NCBI GenBank assembly: GCA_965202585.1
Contig: OZ241834.1
Span: 31,124,001 to 31,188,000 of the forward strand
Direction: 5' to 3'
DNA from: Thalia democratica
Lineage: Eukaryota
Length of the DNA: 64,000 nucleotides
The notes under the pieces: model-generated
Databases searched by the model: none
The model's input: the letters and a program-made list of their open reading frames with translations, nothing else
Told to the model about the DNA's origin: nothing
Shown here: one piece after another, positions 25,001 through 37,000 of the stretch
Layout: each line of letters opens with the position of its first letter
How positions within the stretch are numbered: the first letter of the stretch is position 1
Position numbers and translations under genes: made by a program

Positions 25001-28000
25001 TTTGTTCCACTTCCTCGGTTTCTTCTTTTTCTTGTTCAGCTAAATTGAAACAAATCATGTCAGCAATTGTTTGTTATTTTTTTCAAAAAAATTCTTAATC
25101 GGTCAACAAAGTTTCTTATAGAATTTAAAATCTAATGCTTAAGACTTTAATAAAATTAATTAGACAGCAGAACACAAAGCAACATCAAGCACCTTTGTAA
25201 CTTCTGCATAAAGCTTTTTACCACTCCAAAAATATACCTTTATACAAAAATCATAACAAATAAATTTAAATCAAAACTCACATTCAGTAGTAAATAGCAG
25301 TCCGGACGACCTGAAGCTTCCGTACTTGTTGGATGCCTCGCAGGTGAACTTCCCGATGTCCTGATTGCAGATGTCGGCAACCACCAACGTGAACTGCTCA
25401 TCCTTTGTTTCCATCTTGTACTTTTCCCCTGAAAGACACCAGTTAGTACAAAAGTTTATGCTTCAGTAAAAGCACATTATTTCAGAGTTGTTAATCCTGA
25501 CGCGAGAATATATGAATTGTACACACTTTTTAAACTTTATTCACTTTACGACGTTTTACTGCAATAACAGCTCATTAGATAAAAAAATGAAACAGTTCAT
25601 ACACAAGAACAATGGCTGTAAATAAGAAAGACAAAGATTAAGTATACTAACAAAACTCGCTAAAAAATTTCTCTGATAACTTAAAAATAAAAAAGAGAAC
25701 AAAGCTTAACAAGCTTAATTATGTAGCATCAAAGTTTATTGCTGTTCGATTCAAAATCGCACCTTCAACTATCTCGCTGCCGTTAAACGACCACTTTACT
25801 TCTGGCAGCGGCCTCCCGTTGACCCTGACGCTGAAACGGGCTTCCTGTCCGCACTCCACTATGCAGTCGCGCATCTCTTGCGAGAAACTCGGCTCTTCGG
25901 GCGCTGTTTTATGATTTTTTTTTACTATAGCTTTATTACATAGAGAGAGAGCAATTTAAATGATACTAGACATATTTACAATCAGAGTTTATTTCAATGA
26001 ACCAACTTTGCACGTAAACAAAAGACTTCATTGACGTTCCGTCGACATCGAACTTGTATTCTCCAGAGTCGTTGAAGTTTGTGTTTTCAATGATCAGCTT
26101 GTGTTTCGTTCCGTCAACTCTATACTTGAATCTAAAAAAAGTTCACATAAGTTAAGTAACTTATAAAACTACGGATACAATTTTATCTAAAGATAATTAA
26201 AATAAAATTAATTATTAAAGAATGTTAGTCTTTCGAACATTTTTTATTTCACATAAATTCTAGTTAATAAATATTTGACAAAAATTTGTATTTAAATGAA
26301 AAGAAATTAAGGTTTGTTCTAATTAATACGTTAGTTTTATAAGGCGTTATTGTTTTAGTTAAACTTAGTATTTCAAGCTACAAACCTTTCATCTTTGTTA
26401 ATGTCAATTACTTTTCCATTATGTGACCATTCAGCCCTAATATCTGGCTCGCTAATCATAAATTCAAGAACAGCTTTCTCATTTTCTAAAACTTCAACGT
26501 CTTCCATTGACTTTAAAATATCAATATGACTGCCTATAAAGTTTTGTTCATAAAATTAGTCTTTGTACCTTTTTAAATTAAGAGTTACTCTACAAAGTTT
26601 TAAACATTTTGTTAGCTCTTCATTATTTTTTAGTACGGTAATTTTTTTTTTCTTCTTCACATGTAAATCATAACTTAATATTTTTCAGTAGTTTAATAAA
26701 TTGTACTTGAATACATTGTTGAGTTATACGATTAAAGAAGATAATTTATGATATAATGAAATACAATGGAAATAAAAATCAAAAGAAATATAAAAAGAAT
26801 GAAAAGTTAAGTTAAATTACTTAGAAGTGCTATCCAAACAAAAAATTTATTATTTTCTACTGTTTGAACTTAACAAAGCAGTATATTTTATTAATTTGCC
26901 AAACAGAGGCTAAAGTTGAATAACCTATTTCTAAAAAGATTTCCATTAAAGCTAAAAGACCTCCTTCGGACTTTTAAACTTACTAAAACAACCAGGCGCA
27001 GGTTGCAACTAAATCATAAGTAACTCAAATTTGGTTTTAAAACCTGATTATAAGACATATAATCAGATGAAATAGTAAATAAGTAGAACAAATTTTCAAA
27101 ACACAAACTTGTGACGTTGAGCTGACAAGTGGTGAACTTGCTGCCGGCCACCGCCGTGTAAACCCCGCTGTGCGCCTTCCGCGGCTCCCTCACCCTCAGC
27201 ACGTGGGTGTTTCCCCTCCTGAAGGAAGTGTAACGCCCCCCGGTGGTGGCGATGCTCTTGTCGCCCTTCTTCCAACTGACTGTGACGTCATCGCAGTCGA
27301 TCTCGCACGAGATGTCCACCTCGCGCGTCGACTCGTCACACTTGACCGATTTCGGGAGCTCCGAGGTGAATCTGACGGCTGAAAAGGAAAACAAAGGAGG
27401 TTTGCTTGGTTCGTATATGAAACAAAATCCTAGCGCATTATGCTATTTAAAACAGCTATTGGTATAGGTCAAGTTTATTAAAGATTTTATGATTTGTGTC
27501 AATGCAATTTCAAGTATTAAATTTTGTACTAAATGCTGTATTTTTAACATTATCGTTTATTCCTTTTTTGAGCAAAATTTCAAAAAACAGACCATGCATA
27601 AATCAAACATCCGTAGTATGTAATTTATAAAAAAATAATTAGACTATAATACGTGACAAGTAACAGTTATGAAACTTACGAGACACACACAATCTAGCGG
27701 CACACTCGTCAACTCCGTCCAAGACCTGACACTTGTACAATCCGGCATCGCCGTCTCCGCAACTTTTAATTTCCAACTTCCGGACTTTCCCTTCGTTCGA
27801 AATGCGAATGTTGCTCGTCGGCTTTTGAGATAAAAGCAAGTTTAAAAATATACAACTGCTTTTGTTAGTTATAACAACAAACAGCTTAAAACAACAAAAA
27901 CAAGCGATTGCCTTGTTAATTAAAACAACTTGATTAATAAATAATAATAAAACATATCGAATTGAAGTAATGTCAACAGTAATATTTAAATACTTTTCCA

Positions 28001-31000
28001 GAAATGCTAGAAAAAACTATTTTAGAAACTTTTTCTTTACATAAAACTATTTTTCTCTATTACATTTCATTGAAACAAATAGCAGATTAAAATTTATTTG
28101 CCAAGGTGTTTAATTTGCAAACAATCTCACAGTGACGATCTGATCGTCCTTCATCTTTATATAAAACTATTTTTCTCTATTATATTACATTGAAACAAAC
28201 AGTAGATTTAAATTTATTTCATTTGTAATCTCACAGTAACGATTCGATCGTCCTTCATCCACGTGCACACTCCGGAGTCCTCCACCGACAGCTCCACTTC
28301 GAACGACGTGCCGTGAGTTTCCTTCACCCTCTGTTCGGTGAATCCCCTCGTCACCTTCACCTCTTCCACGCGAACCCGCATGGACGTCTGCTTGCTGCCC
28401 ACCTTGAACGTGTACTCGCCCCCGTCACCGGGTGTCGCCCCGCGCACCTTCAGCGAGTGCTGCGCCCCTCGTTGCGTGATCTGCGTTTCAGTTGTTTTTG
28501 TTGCGTGTTTGTAAGTTTTGTTGTGCAAATTACAGATAATTTTTTTAAAGCCTATGCGTGGTTTAAGCCTTCGGAAAAATGAAAAAAAAAAAACGTTAAA
28601 AGAAAAGTTGAAACGAGGAAAGTTTCAGTTTGATTCCGAAGTGTTTTGAGAAATCTAACCAAATTAAAACTTTAGCAAAAGAAAATGCTTCTACGTTCTC
28701 ATGATTAAATTTGTCCTATCATAACTAAAACACAGTTAGTCATTAATGAAAATGGTTTACCGTAGTTCTTTGCGAGTTCTTCACTTCAGTACCGTTGTGC
28801 ATCCACCTTCCAGTGACTTGCGACTTGCTGGTCTCCGTGATCATCTCGAAATCTTTCGATTGCACGACTCGCCGGCTCCCGTGCAGCTTCTTCGTTATTT
28901 CCACCTCTGATTTTTGAGAGTTTTAGATTAAAGCTACATGTGTTGTTTAGCTCCATTTTTTGGTTGTAGTTTTATTTTTTACGTTAATTAAAACATTTTA
29001 GTAGTGTAACAATCAAATTAAAAGTTAAATCATTTATTAGAGAAATACTAATCATTTAAATAACTGACCGTTTTTAATGTTTTTTGATAATTTTAAAAGA
29101 TGTTAAAAAACACAAACTTTCAACGAAAAGTCGGGCGCTGGTCTGCGTCGATCCGGCGAAGCAGCTGTACACCCCCTCGTCCGCCTTCCCGCAGTCCTTC
29201 ACCACCAGGTGGTGCATGCCGCTGCCCGAGTCGCTGATGAGCAGCTTCCTCTGGTCCTCGCGCAGCACGCGCTCGTTCTTCTCCCACCGCACTCCGGGCG
29301 GGTAATCCCCCTCGCGCAGCATCGCCTCGAACACCGCGTCGCCGCCCTCCGCCACCGTCACGTTCTTCAGCCCCAAGCTGAATCTGGGGCCTGTTTGCGT
29401 TTTGTTGTTATTTAGACTGTTGAGTGAATACATGCATGACGTTTTTGTTTTTAGCTGTATAATAAATCTCGTAATTGTTCCATCAACGTTAAAGCTTTTT
29501 GGTTGCAAAAAATATTGAAAAAAGTTAATAACGAAAGATTTACAAACTAAGAAAAAAACATTACTTTGCCCACTATTTTTGTATTTTTAACTACAGCTCA
29601 ATATTTTTTAAACTAGAATCCATGCCTCGTTCATACAATTCACTCACTGATGACGGTGACTTTGGCGGTGGTGGTGGTCCTTCCCACCTTGAACGAGTAA
29701 ACCCCCGCGTCCCTCGCCGTCACCTCCGCCATCACCAGCCTCCGCACCCTGCCGCTTTCCACCACCCGCACCAGCTCGCCCTCCCGCACCCGCTTGCCGT
29801 CCTTCAGCCACGCGCCGGTGACGTCGTCGTTCGCCAGGTGGCACTCGAGAGTCGCGCCCTCGCACTCCAGGATGTCGACGTCGCGCAGCGGCCTCACGAT
29901 TCCCGCTCCTTGAAAATTTTAAAACGTTTGTAATTTTTAATTTAGTTTTATTTTAAATTTTTACACACTCTTGTTTACGTATCTTGTGCTGTTATCACAA
30001 TATCGATAATGTTTTGCTTGAATTTTTACTTTCAAATTATTTATTTTAACGTGTGTGCTTTTTACTATTTTTTAGATAATGATTAAAAACTAACAATTTT
30101 TTTATTTCAGTTATTTTTACAACACTAAACACAATCCGACCTTTAACTTGCAGGTTGCAGACGCTCGTCTTGCTCCCGCACGTCAGCTTATACTCGCCCT
30201 GGTGGTCGACGTTCAATGAGCTGATGAACAGCTTGCAAGTTCCTCCCTCCTTGGTCATCTTGATGCTCGACGATTTCTCCTGTTTTCATAATTAACTTTA
30301 TTAAAAAACCAAAAGAATAGCCAGTCATTTGTTAGGAAAAACAGTTTTTCATTAAAAAGTACTGATTCATTAAAACAACCTTTTATCTACAACAAAAAAA
30401 GTTATACTACTTACTTTTTATCGTAAAGCCTTACTAAAAACATATTTTGTTAATATTTTTTTACAAACCGATATAATTCTGTCGTCCTTGGTCCACACCG
30501 CCCGCACCTCCACCTCCGAAACGTCCACGCGCAGCGTCACGGGGTTCGTCTCGTGCGCTGTGACGTCACAGAGCTCGCTGGCGAGGCTCACCTCCCTCAC
30601 TTGCAGCTCGGCGTTGGTGCGCAGCGAGCAGCTCTTGCCCTGGAACGAGTACCTGCCCGCGTCTGACGGCACCACGTTCCGCACCACCAGCACCTGCTTG
30701 CTTCCGATGGTCTGCACGTTGAACTTGGCCGAGTCCGACTCGCCCACGCTGAACCCTGGCAGCGCTTGCAGCGGTTGGTCGTTGTAGAGCCACGCGCCCT
30801 GCGTGTACGCCTGCCGGTTGACGTTGCACTCGAACACGGCCGAGTTGGACTCGGTGACTGTGACGGACTTCAGGTGGGTCGTGATCAGGAAGTCTGTGTT
30901 GGATACGTTGGGTTTTCTATCTTTTAATATCGCCTTTTAAATATAAAGTTTTTTTTAAAAATTATTTTACAAACTAAGTTTCGGTCAAAGACCTCGTCAG

Positions 31001-34000
31001 TGCTTAAATAAATGTTTTCGTTAAACCAAAACATATAATAGTGTTTTAAAAAAAGGTTAAACTTTGAAATTTTTAGTCGTTCCCGTCAGTGTTTCACAGA
31101 TAAACTACAACACTTATTTTCTTTGATAAACAGAAATAGTGTTGTGGCTTTCAGATAAAAAGTTTTGCGTGTTAACCTTTCACAGTCAGTTGGCAAGTTG
31201 TTTCTGCGTTGCCGGTTCTGAATGTGTAAGTTCCTGAATCCTTCAGTTCGCACTCGGTTATCGTTAGGATGTGTTCTCGTCTGTCCAGAACCATCTGGTG
31301 ACGATCGAACCTGTGTGATGAAAATTGTTTGCTAACTTAACTGTTTTACCAAACAGCAGAAGCATTTAATTCATGACTACTAGTTATTTTAAAGCAGAAC
31401 TATTATAAATTAAATTTCTGTTAATTTCGATATTTTAAATGGCATGGTTTCCAGTATTTTGATCGTAAATTAGTACAATACTGATAAGTTAAGTGCAAAA
31501 ATAAATATATTTTAGTACCCTTAGACCTAAGCAATTTTTACTTATAGAGACTCTGCTTTTAAAAAAAATCTTATTTTGCCACTGAAATTTGAAGCCAAAA
31601 CTTTATCTTGTTGAAGTCACGAACCTCTCGGACTGTTTGATGAACACGCCATCGTGGTACCACAGACCCATGACGTCCTTGTTTATTTTGCACTTCAGCT
31701 TCACCGTGTCTCCCTCGTACATCGTCGTGTTGGTCATCGGCTGCAGGATTCCGACGTTTTGCGCTGAAAATAGAAAACTCAGAACTGTTTGATTGGAAAT
31801 TTATTTTGTAATCAAGCAACTGGTAAAGTTTCAACAGAGAGTTATATCTTAAATATCAAACTAAAGAAGCCTAGGTTTAGCAAAAGTATACAATGCTAAG
31901 CAAATTTTGATTTTTAAAGGCAAATTTATTAAAAAAAAAAGTTTTGCTAAAATGTTTAAACTGCAAACTTGCAACTTGCAGTCTGCATCTGGAGATGTTC
32001 TTTCCGTAAACGAACTCAACGTGACCGTCGTCCTGGGGCTGAGCGCAAGTTATGATCAACTTGCGCTTGTTCAAGAAGCACTCCTCAACAAACCTGTCTT
32101 CTTTCTGTGGGAGGAATGAATATTATTAGTATGATATAAAATGAAAATTCATTAGAATAATAAAGTTATTCGAAGTAAAGTATTTACTAAAACTAAAATT
32201 GTATAAAAGGCATGGTCATATTTTTTTAAAGCAATGTTTAGGACCGACGTTCAGTAATAAAATAATTTATTTTAAGGCACAATTTTCATTATTTTTTCAT
32301 ACCTGCACAGGTTGTCCGTTAATGAGCCATTGTCCTTGCACCTCGTTGTGAGAAACAGTTGTTTGTATCACCGCCATTTCTCCCATGTCCGCCTTGCTGT
32401 CCTGCAATTCTTCCATGATCGCCTTCTGTCTTGCTGTAAGATAGATAGAAAGCTTTATTAATTTGATTATTTTAAAACACTTTTTAAAACTATATACATC
32501 AATAGAGGTTTGATTAAACATTGTTAACTTTTTAGACAATTTTAATATAAAACTTTGCACCTTCACTATGACAAATATGGATTTAGTTGTATGGCCGACT
32601 AAACTGTTTGAAAAAAATTGTAAGCTTAAAGTTCTTTTAAATTAAAAATAATCGAAAACCTAACGAATACTTTTTTTTCAATAAAAAACTATTTCCTAAA
32701 ACGATTTTAGCCAATTTAGACCTGACAGCTGAGATCAAAAGTACAAAACAAACAACACCCACCTGCCACCCTGACTTCGGCCGAGGTGAAGGCCCTCCTC
32801 CCGTTCCCGTCCTCGATCTGGCACGAGTACACCCCCGAGTCCTCGCACCTCACGTCAGACACCCTCAGGTAGAACGAGTCCTCGTCCCTCCTCACCTGGC
32901 ACTTGTCCCCGTCCTCTATGACGCAATCGCCCACCCGCCACGTCACGCTTGAGATGTCGGCGCGGGAGGAGCACTCGAGCATGACGGACCGGTCGAACTC
33001 GGTCGCCATGCGGTTCCGCAGGTTCTTCGAAAACAGGAGCGGCTTCTCTTTAGTTTCTGAAATTGGAAAAGTTAAAGTAGAAAAAATTAAAAAAATTTCA
33101 GATATTGATTTTTTTTGTTTGGCAGATTTTTTTTCTATTGACAAATTGAAATATAAAGCAGTTAGTATGTAGATGTGTAATGATAGTGAAAGACTTGAAC
33201 TAAAAACTAGCTAGATTATGTCAACAGTGCTTTTAAGATTTTGATCTATTAAACTGTTCAAAAAATTGACTTCATGAAAGTGTTACTTCTGTTTGTTGTT
33301 TTTATTCGTTGTTTTTTATAGTAAAACATATACGCACGCATTTGAACAACTTTGTATAGTAATGTAAGATTTAGCAAAGACGCTCACCTTTTACAACAAG
33401 GAACGCTTGGCTCCCGGCCTTTCCAGCAGGATTCATGAGCTTGACCGAGTAAGCTCCGGCGTCTTCCGCGCACACGTTCCTTATCAAAAGTTCGCACACA
33501 TCCCTCTGTTAACAGCATGTTGCATTAACAAATACTGTTGCTTTGTTCAAAAGCGTTTCGTTTGATGTTAGCTAATTTTATGTTAACTGTTTTGTAAGAA
33601 AATGCCAAAGATTGATCGTCTTAGAAAGAAAACAACAAGAGTTGTAAGAGTAAAGGTACATTCAAATTTTTGTTTTTGAAAAAAACACAATTTCTCCATA
33701 CTAAAAATAATAAAACACAACATATCAACATAAAACATCACCAAAAACGAAAAATAAGTAACATGTTTGTGTAGGAAAAAATGAAACTGAACAGTACTGT
33801 TAACTTTAGTAAGAAGCGTACTAAAGTAACAGAAAATGTTAGCTTCGGTAACAACTCACAGATTTTAAGTTTCAAAATTCAAAATTACAAATGCCCTCAC
33901 TTTCGGGTACGACCACGTGATCCTGCCGTCCAATCGCAGCGCGTCCTCGTTGTGAACCCACGTGACTTTCGGCAGGGGGTCGGAGTCGAACTTGACGTGG

Positions 34001-37000
34001 AAGCTGGCGTCGCTTCCCGCCCTCACCTTGCAGTTCCTCAGCCCTTCGACGACAATCGGCGCCTGCATGTCGGGAGTGATCTGGACCTGTTTCGACGGTT
34101 TTTGTCATTTTTATCAAGATGGTTTTTTTTTTTTTTTGAAAACAAAAATCTGATTGTTTTACAAGCTAAACATAAAAAAAACTATTTATATAGTAATGAT
34201 AAGAAAATAATAATTATAGCACTTATCGAATTTGTTTTTCTAGTGTTTGCCTATATATTTTTATTGATATTGATTAATTTTGATATTTTTAATTTAATAA
34301 CAAATTGCCTTGTTGAGTTCGTAGTCGGGAGCCATCTGGTTGGCTCTGTGAAGCCAGGGAGCGTTCGATTTGTGATCCTGTGATTGGCTGGACTTGTGGT
34401 GGAGCAGTTCTCTTTTCGTTTCGCGCAAGTGCATCTCGTAACTCCTGTCTCTTTCTGACACCTAGCGGAAATAATTTTAAAGATCATAAGTCAGTTTTTT
34501 ATTACCAAACATTTTGGAGTTAGCATTAGCATGTACTGTGAATACTAATTTTGGTACTTAGCTTTGCTACGTGTGTGTAAAACTTTGTAAAAAAATTATT
34601 ATAACAATTTATAAAAATACACGTTTAATTTTGCTTTAAAAGTTTTTTTTATAACTATAAATACCGACGTCTTGTAAAAGTCCAAAAGAAACTTTATTTC
34701 AAACTCACTCTGGCCGAGTTGGTGTCAACTTTTATTTTTAAAACTTCTATTATCATAATTTTTTGCAATACGTGAAAAACTTTATTTTAAATAGTTTTTT
34801 TACGACTATGTACATTGCTGCTTTGTTTTAGTATTCAGTTGTTTTTATTTCAAACTCACTCTGGCCGAGTTTGTGTCGAGCTTTATTTTTAAAACTTCTA
34901 TTATTATAATTTTTTACAACACGTGCAAAACTATATTTTTAAATAGTTTTTTTACGACTGTATATATTGATGCTATGTTTTAGTATTTAGTTATTTTTAT
35001 TCCAAACTCACCCTGGCCGAGTTTGTGTCGAGCTTCCTCACCAGCTGCTCCTCGTCGTTCAGCTTGGAGAACTTCGTTTGCAGCTCCTCGTTCCTCTCCA
35101 CCTTCCTCAGCTCCATCTTCCGCATCAGGTTCTCGTTCTGCTCGATCTGCTGCAGCTCCACCATGCGGCGTCCTTGATCCTCTGTGGAAAAAATGTTGTT
35201 AGGAATGGCTATTTTCAATTTTCAATTCAAAACAAGCAAACATTCCAACCGTTCAAATAGTACTTCTTTTCGACTTCGACTTCGGACTTGCGCAGCAGCT
35301 TCCTGAAGTTCTCCTGGCTGACGACCTCGATCTTCGCCGACGACTTCTCGAAGCCGAGCTCGTTGGCGACCGCGATCTCAACGGTTCCCTGGTCGTACTC
35401 CCGCACATCGGTGATCTCCATGCTGTACATCCCGTCGTGCCACACGCGGAATCTGCGTGAAGTTGGTGAGTTTTTGTAAAAGTTATCTTTTGTTTTAGAT
35501 TAAATTCAAAGTTGTAAAGTAAAGTTTGGTTTGTAAAATGTTTGCGACAGTGTTTAACATAAAACTATGAAAAGACGATTATAAGTTATTTTTTTAAATC
35601 TAAACGAGTGTTTTTTGTGACGTCATAGCAACAAACTTAAAAAACAAAGGCGTTATTCAAAATATTTTTGTTTAAACAGCTATTGAAAACACTCACCGCT
35701 TGCTGGAGCTGATTTCCTGCCCGTTGAGGAACCACTCGACTTTGGGTGGCGGGTGAGCGTTGACCCTGCAGATGAACTTGGCCGAATCGTGCTCCCTGAC
35801 CGTGGAGTTTTGCAGGTGCAAAACCACTTGCGGCGCTACAGGCTGCGATTTGGGCAGCTCCGCCGGATGGTCGTGCGCCAATGAGTACTGTATAAACGCA
35901 AATTGTTATTAGAACAACAAAGAAAATTTCTTTAAAGAAAAAACTAAAAGATTATAGAAAAAGATGTAAATAAAAAAAACGTTGGGACAGCGAGTAACAA
36001 TAAAATTCTGTATTTGAATAGTTAATTTTGTTTTTCTTTGGTTTTTGTTACCTAAATTCTGAATTTTGAAAAATAAAGAACTTCATTACAACTATATACG
36101 TTTTCTAAACTATTTTTAGGATTTTTAAACCGAGAAGATATTAAAGTATTTGTCTTATACTGTATTAGTACTAAATATTAACTTTAGTTAAAAGAAAAAT
36201 TAAACAGTATTAATGAAACAGTTACAAACTTTTTGTCGGTATTTTTCAATGGAGTTGATGCTGTGCAGCTGATCGCTTTCAGGGAGCTGCGTTGACTCGA
36301 CGAGACCCTTTTCTTCTTTGACGATCAAACTGGTGGAAGATTGAGCGATGCCGAAAGAATTCGTCACTCTGCAACTGATCACACCTGAAACAGTTCAGTC
36401 AAATTTTTTTTTAAGAAGTACTAACAAACAGTATATATACTTTTTAGACTTTTAGAAAGATAATGTTCCTAAAAACAGCATGAAAATTATGAAACCTGTA
36501 TCCCGCGGAAACACAGAGGCGAAGTTCAACGATGCGTAGCCAAACTCGAACAGGGTTGTTATCCTGGTTGCGTGCTCCAACGGCTTGTTGTCCAGCAACC
36601 ATTCAACCTGAAACCGTGTAAATTAGATTTACATTGGTACTTTGGTGTAAAGTTGTTAATTACATAAAGCTTCTACACCTTTACGTAAAAAATTCAATTG
36701 AGGTTGGTTAGAAAAAAAGTTTAATTAACTGAAATAAGTATTTTTTAAAAAGATAAATGTTTATAGTAACCGTAGCGGAGACTTTCTTTGATTTTTATTT
36801 GATTTTGAAAATTATATGTTTAAAACAGAATTACGGGTTATACAATTTTAGAGCTTGTTACATTCTAAATTTGGTATTTGATTAGAGAAAGCTAAACATT
36901 CAAACAAACTTTCATGTTGGGATCGCAGATGGGCACGACGTAACACTGGAACCTGGCGGACCCGTATATTTTCTGTCTGACGGATTCCAACTTCTTTCTA

